From NCBI GenBank assembly GCA_025603075.1, contig MU626351.1:1-64000 (forward strand): 64,000 nt of DNA. Direction: 5' to 3'. Position 1 is the first letter of the stretch, and each line of letters begins with the position of its first letter. The notes under the pieces were generated by a model. That model had not been told where the DNA came from. It made no database searches and was given only the letters and a program-made list of their open reading frames with translations. The translations under genes were made by a program, and so were the position numbers. Shown piece by piece: positions 1 to 13,500 of the stretch. The DNA comes from Neoconidiobolus thromboides FSU 785 (taxonomy: Eukaryota; Fungi; Entomophthoromycota).

Positions 1-87
1 GAAGATAATATTCTTTTGGGTGGAACTAGAAATTCTCATAACAAATCAAAATAATTAACCATGGGACTGACGAAGCGATATTTCACA
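1..87. mobile_element. End of 464-bp solo-LTR-like element (copy A, truncated by window edge)
   Basis: Matches 29734-29883 except for a 64-bp internal deletion; ends in GATATTTCACA at 87; a MITE begins 10 bp later. Confidence 0.75.
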
Positions 88-96
88 ACATCATAT

Positions 97-194
97 GGGG
101 ATGTGTTTTTTTGTTTAAGAATTTTACTATGATCTTTCCACTTAAATAGCGCTTAAAAAATGGAAAAATAATGAAATTAAAAAAAAACAGTCCC
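97..194 (+). mobile_element. ~98-bp MITE family copy
   Basis: GGGGATGTG...CAGTCCC with core TTAAATAGCGCTTAAAAAATGGAAAAA; ATAT on both sides (93-96, 195-198). Confidence 0.9.
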
Positions 195-468
195 ATATTA
201 TGTACCTTTTTTTCATTTATGTGGTCGTGGCTCATTTTTGTTTCTTTTATAATTTGTCATTATATATTTTTACTGACTCTCGAATGAGAAGTTGGAATGT
301 GAAAAACAGACTGAATACTTTGGGGTAATAGAAGTGACAGCGATGCCTGCTTGACCAACGATATTTGTATTATTGTAATATTCTATCAATTTAGTTTGCA
401 TAAGGATATAATTTTGGATTAATTAGAACAGAAGTTAAATTCTACTCTCCTTCTTTTGGTATTTTTAA

Positions 469-2340
469 ATGTCACTAAAGTTTGATCAACTGCCAGGTAT
501 TCTCCTAAAAGGGGTATTTAAGCTACTAAGCCCGAATGAACTATTCAATTATAGTTTTTTAAAATAAATGTTTATTTGAAATTGTCAATGATACTATCAA
601 GTATAATTTAGTACATAGAGTTTATTTTAAAGGGGGATATCGTGGGTATAAAAGAAACTTCAGTAGAAAAAATGGGTTATTGGTGGAGCATATGGATATA
701 ACATCTGATACCCTTAATTACTTGAACTATTGTCGAAGTGTGATATCAATAGGCTATAACGAAGAAAACGATATAGCTAACAAGGATAGTAGCGAAGTAA
801 AGATCGAGCTACCAGAACTAAAGGAGTTAACCATAAATGACTATAACCTAGCGCGGTTATCGAATTGCCTCAATAATATACAATTATGGAATATATTTAA
901 GTTATTTAAATTAAATTGAAGAGCCATAGTTTCTAGCTCTGAGATAGTAATTAAAGAACTAATCAAAAGCTTCAGCCCAAGTAAATTAAAGTCACTTACA
1001 ATACATCCCAATGATGCTTTAATCCTTGATGCATCGGATATACTTAAAGCAGAACTTAGTGTATTAGAATTAATAAAATTGAAAACTTCTGGTAAAGTTG
1101 TTGATCTTTCTTTATTTGATCCTAATATAAATTTTGTACCTAATTTAAAATTAGAGATCAAAGGCCAATTTCAAGATTTCAATATTAGCTGTCTTGGAGA
1201 TTTATGAAACCTAAATACTGTAAAATTAATTGATTATAGTAGTGAATTTTTTGATTTGTGTGATAACAGCAATAGCTTGAAGATGATAGAAGGCGGTAAT
1301 ATCGTCACTTTAGGCCATTTCGATTTTAAATACCAATTTAACCACAATTTATGAAGTTATCAAGCTTAAATGAAATACATGTTAAATAAATATTAGTAAA
1401 ACTATTAAAATCAATTTTTTTGATATCAAACGCTCAGAGAATTCAACTCAATTATTTTGATAAAACTACAAGGTTGTTATTCCTAATCCTAAAAATATTT
1501 TTATAAAATATGAGTATACAAAATAGATATTTTGTGGATTTATTTAGAGATTTTCGTTATTTTTCATTCTCATTTCTGAATCTTGAAGTAACTAAAATTG
1601 AAAATTTCAAGCTTATAGATGTCAACGATTAAGTCAATGATGCCTTTACACCTTCTTCCTCGACACATCAAATATTAACACCAATAGAAAATACTGTAAA
1701 TCCATTATTGAGTGGCTTAGCTCCCCTTGAGATTTGTTTTAATTCTCTCGACATTCTCACAAAAATTTGATATTTTAGGTTCCAAGTTGACAATTCCACT
1801 AATGACTATTGCTCCTGTTAAGGATAGAAAGCTTCATAATGAAGTTAAAAAAACACAACGATATACTGGATACATCTTAAGTACATTAAGTATCGCCTTT
1901 ATAACTATTACTATTAATAAAATGGGTTATAATAGTTCTTACTATGTGAGGATACGGTAATAACTTATTTTAATGTACTTATACAGAAATTTAAACAATA
2001 AATAGCTACGCTATTTATGAAAAAATGACACAAATAGAACTATAATAATGAATATGATAATTCTATAGATAAAAGTCAAATTGACCAAATTTCAATTAAA
2101 AATCTGGCTTTCAATATTATTTGATATGCTCAGTACTTTTAGTTAATAAATTTATGAAAATGAAAAACTCCGATTGGATTAAGGTAGGCTTACTTATTTT
2201 TTAAAGATTGATAGTTATCACTTATCTAGTGTTTAAGGTATTGACCATGAAGTTAAATTAATAAATTTTGGATTAAATGTATGAGCTCAACAATACCAAC
2301 TTTACATCAGCTCATATGAATGACCTCAATGAGTATAATA
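469..2340 (+). pseudogene. F-box/LRR(RNI-like) protein pseudogene
   Basis: ATG 469 gives MSLKFDQLPGILLKGVFKLLSPNELFNYSFL (F-box-like). A frameshift near 560 is followed by ...NGLLVEHMDI...YCRSVISIG...FSPSKLKSLTIH..., with in-frame TGA at 917, 1205 and 1352; FLNLEVTKIE near 1580. Same motifs as 53646-54964. The 3' limit is approximate. Confidence 0.7.
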
Positions 2341-2567
2341 TATAGTACACATTTTGTTACATGTCATTTTTGTACTTTATTTATATCAAAACTCCAAAGC
2401 TGGTAAACTAATGACATCATTTGGATGACGAAAGGAAAGAGATAAGGGATAGGCTATTTTTTTCAAATGAAAGGGATCAAAGCCCTTAACAAAAAATAAA
2501 CAGGAGTTTAAAATCTCATTTTTCATTTAAGTTAACAAAAAATCAATAAAATAAAAAACAAAAAACA

Positions 2568-4792
2568 ATGGATAAAGTAAAAAAAACGAGCAAAGGCAAG
2601 CAAAAGGAGAAACAAATTCAGAAAGAAGAGGAGGAAGCACCCAGCTCTAGCGGTATCAAACCCAGTTTATCAAAGCGTAAGAGTTCCTTCAATGAGCTTC
2701 TGACTGGTCAATTAATTAAAGAAGAGCAGACCGAAGATGGTCGATTCAGACGTGTGACACGACGAAGAGTATTCTTCATCTTTGGTTCACTATTGGGTTT
2801 TGTCCTAGCTTACTTTTTAGTTTCTACAAAAAAAGAAAGCATTCAAAACTTTTATGGAAACGATTGGTCGAGTTATTTTAACTTTGAGTTTGATTTAGCG
2901 GACGGAGATTGGAAGTCATTATTACCTGAAAACAGCATGTTGGAGGAGCTATTTGGTAATTTCAGTAATAGTGTGACACAGAGATCACCAGTGGCAAAGA
3001 TTGAGGACTCACCAGGTAGGAAATTAAAGGATATGGGTGCAAAGCCTAAACATCCAGTAGTCATTATTCCAGGGATTATTACCTCAGTAAGTTGATTTAT
3101 GAGTTTTTATTATTATTTGTTATTAAGTGTGTTTTAGGGTTTAGAGTCCTGGGGCTTAGATAACTGCTCAAAAAAGTACTTTCGTCAAAGAATATGGGGT
3201 ACAATGAATATGTTTAAAACAGTATTGACTGATAAGCAATGCTGGGTCGATAGTTTAAAATTGGACCCAGTTACTGGATTGGATAATGGAGATTATAAGT
3301 TAAGAGCAGCACAGGGTAAATTGAATAGTATAAGCTTTTAATTGAAACGATTTATTCTTTTTTATTTGAAATAGGTTTAGATGCTGCTGACTATTTTGTT
3401 ACGGGCTATTGGGTATGGGCTAAGCTAATAGAAAACTTTGCAATTCTTGGGTATGATAACAATAATATGCATCTGGCTGCTTATGATTGGAGATTGAGTT
3501 ATGCTAATTTAGAAAAGAGAGATAGTTTCTTTAGTAAATTGAAAAATACCATTGAACGAGCAAAGATTGGTTCTGGTGAAAAATTAGTAGTACTGTCGCA
3601 TTCCATGGGTAAACCGAAACTTATAATAATTTAACAAAGAATTAATTAAACGTTTTTTAGGTGGTTCTGTATGGTACTATTTTTTAAAATGGGTTGAAAG
3701 TGATAATGGCGGCAAAGGAGGTAAAAATTGGGTAGAAGATCACATCCACGCTTCTGTGAATATAGCTGGCTCCTTGTTGGGCGCCTTGAAAACAATCCCT
3801 TCTTTACTTAGTGGCGAACAAAGAGAAACAGTGCAACCAATGGCACAATATATTTTAGAACGCTATTTTTCGAGACAAGAAAGAGCTGAGTTATTCCGTA
3901 GTTGGGGTGGCCTTTGGTCTTTGATCCCAAAGGGCGGGGAGCATATTTGGGGTAATCATGAAAAGGCAGCAGACGATATTGAGAATCATGTTTCTCATGG
4001 TAACTTTTTATTGTTTCCTACCCAATCCACGTTGGGTCACAACTTTACAGTGGATGAAGCAATTCAGTTATTAAAAGTGGCTGGTGGAGAACAGTTTACA
4101 AAGAATTTAGAAGAATCATATAGCTTTGGAGCTGCTTTAAATGAAGACCAAATAAGAAACGATGATCCGGCTGCTTGGTCTAATCCATTAGAAACTAACT
4201 TACCAAACGCTCCTAGTATGAAGTATTATTGCTTATATGGATATGGGTTGCCTACAGAAAGGTCGTACCATTATGATGAAACACCAGCATTGGAGGAATT
4301 GGATGAGAGTAGGACTTTGAAGTATATTATTGATAATAAGGTTAACGATTTGGATTCAAAATCGGAGTCTGGAGTACGCAGTGGGTTAGGGTAATATAAC
4401 ATAATACATCAATAGTATAAAAGGCTTAACCCGATACCTTTATTTAGAGATGGTTCTGTACAATTGCTATCTTTAGGTTATATGTGCGTTAAAGGATGGA
4501 AAAAGAAGTTGTATAATCCAAGTGGGTTAAAAGTGATAACTAGAGAATTTAAGCACAAACCAGTAGCTATCTATGAGGATATTCGCGGCGGTCCAGAAAC
4601 TGGTGAACATGTTGATATCTTGGGGAATTATGGCCTTACTGTAAGAACCTCATTTTATTATAAAACAGTAAATTTGTTAATTTTTTTATCTAGATGGATA
4701 TCATGCAAATTGCAACTGGCTTTGATACCCAAAATATCACGGATCGTATTGAATCAGATATATTAAGCGTGGCTGATAAAGTACCGCTCTAG
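2568..4792 (+). CDS. LRO1: Phospholipid:diacylglycerol acyltransferase (PDAT, LCAT family), multi-exon
   Basis: N-terminal TM helix, HPVVIIPGIITS|GLESW across intron 3087-3137, VLSHSMG nucleophile motif, NLPNAPSMKYYCLYG, GDGSVQLLSLGYMC, EHVDILG; stop TAG 4790-4792. Confidence 0.95.
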
Positions 4793-4868
4793 ATGTAAAG
4801 AGATAAACTTATCAAATAAAATTATATTAGTTATATTATTATGTATTCCATTTTATTCATTTCTAATT

Positions 4869-6157
4869 TTAAAAATTGAAAGGTATAAAAGGGTAAAGAC
4901 TAAACTTGAGCTTAAATATACCCATTAGAAATAGGATGGAGCCTACTAAGATAACTAAAAAGGCAATGGTCAACAAAGATTGTAACCATTGGTTGCTGAT
5001 TGTAGGAGTGGTACGGCCAATGTAGATTACTGCAAATGTAGCTATGCCATCTAATAACAATAGTAATAAGTTATAATTAACAAAAAAAAGAAAACAAAAA
5101 AAAAGTACATATGAAAGCAATGACATGGCTTTCTAACCCATATTGCTCTTGGAAGCCAGAAGCATACCACTGTATAGCTCCATTCCTTGCCATTCTTGAA
5201 TAGGCGGGCTGACGTATACTGTTCCACATCTGGCCAGAGGACATAGAGAGAATGAATACCTGGATATTAAATTAGAGGTTCAGTTTTGATTACAAGTCTA
5301 AAAGTTACTAAAGTGATAGCTGACCATAACCTTTTACTAGTTAAAAGTTGTTTTACATTGGCAGCAAACAGATAGGCCAAAGTGGCCAAACTAGCTATGA
5401 TACCTCCTTTTAAAGCTAAAGATTGGTAATCTATGGGTTTGCTGTAGAATACCTAGATTATTTTATTTATATATATTCCTATCTAATTTTGATTATAGTT
5501 TACTTTAAAAGTCAAATATTTATTAAGGAATTCGATCATTTCTTCAATGGAAGATTCACTATAAAACATTTTAAATTTTTGCTTACTAAAAAACTAATGT
5601 ATTACCTATGAGACTCATTATAGATTTGATATTTTGGGTCTGAAGTTTTAGCTTCATTTGGGGTATACAAGAAAAGATTAGGTGCTCCAGTTAATCCGTA
5701 CTAATAAATAATCTAAAAATTTATAAAATGCAAACCAAATTTTGAATACCTTAACAAAAACGGATGTGGCATCCTCATAATCTAAAGAAGCAATGAACAG
5801 TTTATCCTTATTTTCATTCTTTTCCAAATCTTTAGCAATAAGCTTTAAGTTGTTATCAAGGTGGCTAAAGTAAAGGAACCTCATTAGACATCGCCCACAG
5901 AAATGATTTTAATCAAACACTTACCGACAAGGGGTACAATCAAACCTCTCACCGAGAACTGTTAAAGCTACTAGCATAGAAAAATCTCTTTTGGCATTAA
6001 TATATTTATTAAACGATTTTGGGTCTTTGAAATAAATGATTCCATCTTTTTTAGTCTCTTGTTGAATGTCTTTCAATATATCTATTTCTGCGTTGATACC
6101 TACTATCAGAAAAAGACAGAAAAGTAGTTGAAGAACACGTATTATGGTCACTTGCAT
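4869..6157 (-). CDS. OST3: Oligosaccharyltransferase OST3/OST6-family subunit, multi-exon
   Basis: Signal peptide, thioredoxin-like CTPC motif, SGQMWNSIRQPAY and ASGFQEQYGLES near 5130-5250, C-terminal TM helices ending KFSLYPFIPFNF. OST3 versus OST6 is not resolved. Confidence 0.9.
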
Positions 6158-6559
6158 TCTTTTGGTTGACTAAAAGTTAAAATTTGGAGTAAATTGTTAG
6201 TGTTTTTACATGAGTTGGTGACTTTGGTCACTGTGATTGGTGGACAAAAATTGCTAAATTAGGTAATAAAATTGGTCACTCGATTGGGATAGCTTTGTTA
6301 GGTTATTAATTTTCATATCATGAACTGTAGATAATAAAAATAGATGATTAATTAATTTCAAAAATATAGCATTTATTTACGACTTCAAACGCAATAACTT
6401 ATATAACAAATAATTGCGGTTCAATATAAGCTATAAATATAAACAATATAGACTATTTTTTAAAGGATTGAACTAAAAGCCACACCTAAGCAAAAAACAG
6501 TAAATCAGTATCACCTTAAAGTTTTCGAAAAAACAACTCTTTATTAAATAAACCCCCGA

Positions 6560-9500
6560 TCATCCTGTATAAGTAAAACAAGCAAACTGGATCCTAGTAG
6601 TATATCTCGCCTTAGCCACCAATGTTTCCAACTCCTTCAACTCACTCGGATCCATATTCTGGAATGGTGGTTCCCCTTTTGAGTATTGTCCACTATGGAT
6701 AGCACTATAAATTATCTTAAATAAATCTGACGTCTTACTCGTTGAAAAGGGCTGCAATATTAATTCGATGAATTCAACTTCTAAAGTAGCCTAGGAGGTA
6801 AAATTAAGCTGTTGTTTTTGATCTAAAATAAAATAATGGTTACCTGCAGAGCGCCTTCCTTAGAGAGTCTTTCAATATTACGAAAGCATATTAAAAGCTC
6901 TTGTGCAATTAGTTCTAATAATTTCGCTAAAATACGCTTCATTAATACATCACTTACTTTGGAAGATTCGGCATGTACAACCACTAAGGACATTAGGATT
7001 TCATAGATAAAGGGGCGGATATCTATACTTGTTAGATAAAATATTACCAAATCAAAAAATATAAGATTACTCGTTGGCTTTTCCTTAGTTTCCCAGTTGA
7101 AGTCACTGAACAAAATACCTTGTTGTAAAGTTTCTCTTATATTGGCTATCTGTTTAAGTATATAAGCATCGAATAATTTCTCCTCCAAAATCTTTATTGC
7201 ACTTTTAATTTGCTAAACAACATAAATCCAATTTCTTTGCAAATTTTTGATTAATGGACTTACAATTAAATTCAACTTCTTGTTAAGTCCAACTGCAGAT
7301 TCAAACTCAGTAATGATTTTTTGGCTGTGTTCTTTGGTGATCGAGACATTGTTGAGTGCTAACACTAGTTTATCAAGTTTCTGTATCATATTTAATTTAA
7401 CTGTTATTATTTAAAAAACTATATATTACGTCTGGGAGATCATCTTTGGTTTCGGTTTTTCTTTGAAAGAAGGCCATGAAGTTAAGACCATCCAAAAAGG
7501 ACAAGGTTGAATCAATCAAACATGGTATCCCGGATTCTAAAATTACTGGATCATCCTAATGAAGTTAGTATTATAAAATTTAAAACTAAAATAGAATAGT
7601 AATAAATACTTCAGCCATTAAATTTGGCAATACCAATTTAGACGCTTTTATAATCAATTTCAAAATAGTAATTGATCGAAGTTGATAATCATAAAACATT
7701 TGACAAGATTTTGACTTACGTGCTTTGGATTCAATATCGATAAGGAACACACATTTGGAATCTAGAAGAAAAATAAATCTATCTAAATTGGTAAAAAAAT
7801 CTCTACCTTGTATCCAACTATCACAAAAGAATGCCGAAAAATCCACTCTTGTTCTAGAGAATAATTGCAAAATGAGTTTATTGATATGCTTTGGTGCGTT
7901 GATATGCGCAATTTCTACAAAAGCTACTGATAGCTCTTGGATAATCATAGAGGCATAATGGCCTACTAGTAAACAATTTGAGTCATCTGGCAAAGGTAAT
8001 AAGGTCTTTTCGTTGATTGCTGTGATAATGCCAAAATGTGGAGATCTATCTGATTTCTGTGGCAAGGCTACAGGATCTGGGTAAAACACTTTGGAGATTG
8101 TAATCATTAATAGAGCTACGATCTCTTCTGTCATCTGTAACCAAAAGGCCTCATATTTATTGTCTGGGAATAGTTTCTAGAAATTGTTAGACTTCTATAG
8201 TTTATACAAACTGAAACAATTACTTTATAAAGTTCATCTTTTTTAAACTGATTTAAGAACTTGTAAAGTTCTGGAATAGTCTTTCCAATCAATTCACTTA
8301 GTATTTTAATAAAAGCGTGCGTTTGCTTCCATATAAAAGCATTTGGCAGTTTATCTTTATTATAAATATTAATAATCTTTATGAACATTTACTTAATTTA
8401 CCAATAGTTGTTTGAAAAAAGTCAGTGCTTTGAATTTTCAATAGCGCTTGAATTTCTTGGGCTCTCCTTAACAATATAATTTCTTCCTGTTTATGATGCT
8501 CTAAATCATATTTTCCGAACGCATTACCAACTGAGTTGTTTAAGGTTGTTTGGGCTTAAATAGAATTTAAAAACAACACAAATTAAAAACAAATTAAATT
8601 ACCAATCAATGTGTCAATATGCTCCGTAAACGACCTATCTACAAATTCAATGACCCATTTATGTTGGTTCTTTAAATAAAAGATAAGTGGGTCTTTGGTA
8701 CAATCAAGCTGAAGTAAATAACTGAAAACAAATGATTAGCAGCCATCTATAGTATTGTCATATTATGTTACTTTATATATTTAGCCTGAAGATCCATATC
8801 AATCCAAGGGTTATCCAGTTTACTAAAGATACTTTCTTGAACCTTAAGTATACTATCCTGAACAGGTATCCATACCTTTTCAAATAATCGGTGCAAGGGG
8901 CCACCAGCAGAAGCACCTGTGGACGCTGACTTCATCAAATGCTTGCCCTTTTTGTAATCGTGGACGGCTAAATCATAGTTCGACTATTTGATGCAATTGA
9001 TAAGATAGAGTTTTAAAAATAGTAGTTAAAGATCAACTAATTAATAACAACTTACTGTTTTAATATAATCCAACATACTGGTAGGCAAATTAAAAAAAAA
9101 CTTATATCTTTCTACCACATTTAAAGTAGATCTTATCTTTTCAGTACGGTTTGTCCGCTCAATAATTGGTCCAAATACAATCTGTGCTTGTTCAAATGCA
9201 TCTAATAAAAACCATTAATAAAGATCAATGATGTCAACTAAATCTCACCATTTAGAGCATTCTCATAGCTTTCTGTTCCATATCCTGTAGATTCCTTCAC
9301 ATTATTACTCAACAATTCTTGGTACAAATCTAAAACCCAAAATTATTACTATTAGTTCCTTATTCTTACCAGATAAAAATGTTATTGATCCTTTAAAAAC
9401 TTTACCATCCACCGTATTCTTAGCACTTACAAAAGCGTCAAAATTATTTTTTACTAATACCCTCAATGATTTTTCTCTTTCACTCATTTCTCCTTGTAAA

Positions 9501-10024
9501 TAGTTTCTTCCCAATATAAGGTCCTGATAATGCGTACTTTTATGTACCAAGGATAAATACTTTCTACTATCAAACTTCGGACTCTTGAAGACTAAGCTAG
9601 GGTCTGAAAGCGTATTAATTAAATTTAAAATTTAAGTTTAAATTTTTGATTGATGTTTACCATTGACATAAGCTTCTCGCTCTTCTTGTTGTTTAAAAGC
9701 TTGGCTTTTCAAATTATTAATCGGATATTAAAATACATGAACTAAACACTTACTCGTATGTCTGATAGATTCCCAGAGGGTCAAAGCTTTCATCACCTTC
9801 TTGAACAAGTCTATCACTGTCCATCACACTATTTGGTGTGCTTTCATGCCAGCTTGTTGCATCCAAACTATCAAGTTTGTAGAATTTCAGTACTAAAAGG
9901 GTAAAAAAATTATTGGATTATAAATTGTTTGTAACTTTATTTATTTGAGTTAATTACATGTATTTTCGTCCGTTACTTTTCCTGGTATACCGAAACTATA
10001 GCGAGATAGATGAAGGTCACTCAT
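6560..10024 (-). CDS. SEC5: Exocyst subunit Sec5/EXOC2, many exons
   Basis: ATG at 10024 (MSDLHLSRYSFG); LRVLVKNNFDAFVSAKNTVD; YDLAVHDYKKGK near 8950; C-terminal ARYTTRIQFACF. Confidence 0.9.
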
Positions 10025-10503
10025 TTTTTAGTAACAAAAAATTTATTTTTTCATGGTTTTGTTTAGGGTTATATATTTTTAAGCCACAGTTTTTTTTGAG
10101 TTTTTGATTGGTGCTATGGTGTTATTAGTATTAATTATGATAATGTTTATAGCAAATTTTATCAAATTATAATATTAGACTAAATTTCTCTACTATTATA
10201 TTTTATTTAAGCTATTCAGATATACTCAAAATTTAAGATTTTATACTGTTATCTCATAAAAGTACTGCCATGTTAAATTTGTATTATATTTTAATAGTAG
10301 GCAAGTAATCTTATTTTATCTAAAATCTCTTTAATAATCCAATAAATAATATAAATAATTACGTTGAATTCTCAAATATGACAACTCGATCTTTTATAGG
10401 CACTTTAATTCTATTTTAATATCAAAAACATTTATTTTGTTTTTAAAAGTAATTAATTTTATCTTTATTCAAGTAATAACTTCATCACCAGTCCAAAAAC
10501 TCA

Positions 10504-13500
10504 TTATTCCTTTTTAGCCATATCACCTTGATTCTCACCTTGTTGTTGCTGTCCCCCATGTTGCTGCGTATCCTCTGGCTTGTTTAATGAGTTCTCAATA
10601 GCGGCAGGCGGCAGCGTAAACTGTGGCAAATTATTACGTTGACCATCTGGAATGAGCCTGGACAATTGTAAAGTACGTATCTCGTTATGACCTAAGATAG
10701 CGGGTCTATACTGTGGTCTAGGCTGCTGTAGCTGGTTTTGACTTTGTGCTTGGGATTGAGCTTGAGCTTGCATCCTCTGTTCATGCTGCTTAGCATAGCT
10801 AAGATCTGCTTGGGAAATCGAGGATCTCCTTGGTTGACTTTGTAAGATGGGTTGATGTGCTAGCTTTTGTGGAAGTCCATCGTTGCCTTGGTTTAACATC
10901 CTTGGCGGGAATACGGAGGAAGCCCTTGGGCCTATTAGGGTGTTGTTAGATACGTTATGTGTTGGGCGGTTAGCGCCTTGCTTTGGCTGTAACCTACGGT
11001 ACTCTTCTAGTGATGGATGTACAAGCTGTGACTGTGATTGTTGTGAAGGAAGTTGATGGTGGGATAATCCACGATGGTGAGAAGATTGCTCACCTATAGC
11101 GTGATGTGGTTCACTGGGACGTATATGACCGCTATGCATGGGTTGGCTAGGGTTCGGATAATGTTGTCTGGGCTCAACATTGGCTGGAAGCTGATGAGCT
11201 ATTTGAAGAATCCTTGGGTCATTAGAAGACACTCCACTTGGTTGAGCTGAGTGCCTAGGCATGGGCTGATAGGTATTTCTAGAGCCATAGCCAGGCTGGG
11301 CATGTAAGGATCGAGAATGCCCATGACCTCTGTAAGAGGTAGTAGGATAGTTCGGAAGTAATGTCCGAGGGGGATAAGGATTAGAGTCTATCCTTGTATT
11401 AGAATAATTTGAAGGAACATGTTGGGTATTATAAATATTTTTTTGCGCTTGAGCATTGGGGTATTTATATTCATTACTAGTCAAAGGATGACTCGGTTGT
11501 TGATACTGGGATGGCCTGGTATTGGAGCTCATGTGTGGATATTCCTTATAGAGTGTAGATGTTGCGGGATAAGGAAGGATATGTGGTAACGAAGTATTGG
11601 TTGGAGCTGGATGATGTTCTTTTGGAGTCATAGCAACTTCATTAGATCTTGGGTTAGGAACATGTCTGTCTTGATAAGTATTTATTGTTGGGGGTGTGCT
11701 ATATCCAGTGTTATTAAAAGATCGATTGGCATGTACTTCAGCAACATCAGCTAAGAAAGAAAGTCCTGATGGTTGATTTGAAAATCTTTGATCTCTTTGG
11801 CTCATATAACTAGTTGAAGTTGATTGCCTTGATGAGCTTGCCATATTATTATCTCCAAACCAATCCATCAGTGCTGATTTGCCCCATTTCTTATCCTTGT
11901 TATCCGCTTCTGGTGAATTAAGAATAGCATTTATTTTAGTGACAGATGGTGTACTCACCATTGAACCTGTATTATGGGTAGGTCTCTGGTTTTCCAAAGC
12001 CTGCTTTTGAAGATCAAACGAAGTATCTCTGGCTCTATTTCTATTTGTATTATCCCCTAATCTAGATTCATTATTATAGTTAGAAGCAGAACCTCCCATC
12101 TGCATCATATCATTATTAAAACTATTTTCAATTGCTTGTTTTGATAATTTATGTGCTGTTGATTTTGGTTTCCTAGTTTTAGCAGTCTTTATTTTTTCGT
12201 TTCCTAAAGTTGGCTGCATTAAAGAATTTATAACGTTATCTACTTTAGATATTGAAGAATTAAATCCATCATTTGTGTTACTTGTTGCCCCTGTACTTAT
12301 TGAAATATAAGGTGAATTTCTAGAAGTTGATTGGCTTGCTGAGTTAAGATTAAGGTCTTTGACTTTTTTACCAATCTTATCTTTAATTTTCTTGGTATAC
12401 TTACCCCTCTCCTTCTTTGGTTTATTTTCACTTTTTGTCGATGACCTCTCTTCTTTATCACCATCAGTTCCTTTGTCGTTTATCATTGGATTGATTTCTG
12501 CACTTACGTTGTGGCTTTTACTCTTTCCTTTTTTACTTGCTTTTGGTACCATAGCACTAGTAAGAACCAACTCATTAATTCTACTTTTAAGTTCCCTATT
12601 TTTTTCTTTTTTACGTGGCATCGCAGTACTAGTTGATTTACGACGTGCTCTAAGGGTTTCATTCCTTCGATGTCTCTCAAGCTGGCTTTTGATAGCTAAT
12701 TTCTTTTTATTACGATAATAAAAGAGCACACACTGCGCTGGTGTTTTATCTGGAATTTTCGCAGCAATTTTACCAAACTGTTTAGGGAATTTGAGATAGC
12801 TTTCAATAAACAATTTTTCTTCTAGTGGTTCCCAATGATCAGCATTTGCATTCTTAAAATAGTGTACTTTTGGATCTAAAATTAATGTATTACTATCATT
12901 CATAGTTACTAGACTCTTTTCAATTGGATCCAAAATAATTGGGGGTACTATTGCTGTGGTATTAGTAGTATCGCCGCCTTGATTCAAATCAGCACAGGCA
13001 ATTGAAGCCAGGATCTCTTGAAACTCCTTTTCGCTCCTTACTACATCGCCATATTGAATATTGAAGCTCCCAATTTGACTTTTACTTGAAATACTACCAT
13101 CACCTTTACTATTCTCATGCATTCGTTTACGTGTCTTCTTTTTCTCAGCCAACCTATTACTTTGTTCTCTATCGCCGTCATAAATAGATTTATACTGCTT
13201 TGCCAACTCATACGATTTTTGTTTTAAGTATAATTTCCTTTTGAACAAATTCTTCATTAGCTTGGAGCGCAACTTTCTATTCCTCATAACGGCCTTTTGG
13301 TAAAACGGATATCTACTTTCAAACGTGGATTTGGCTTCTTCTTCTTTATAGTTTTATTAATGTATTCATATGATATATATTGTAATACCTGTATTATTTT
13401 GCTCATTTTGAGGTTCAATCATATCAGATTCTTTTTGGTCAAAGGCCCCGTTCTCAATAAAAAATCCAAGTATTTCAATTTTAGGTAAATCAGTGACATT

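Noticed and set aside
917-1354. UGA recoding (Trp/Sec) suggested by repeated in-frame TGA
   Set aside because: Intact genes in the window have no in-frame TGA, and TGA terminates at least one standard reading frame (the OYE relic). The affected locus also has a frameshift, so decay is the simpler explanation.
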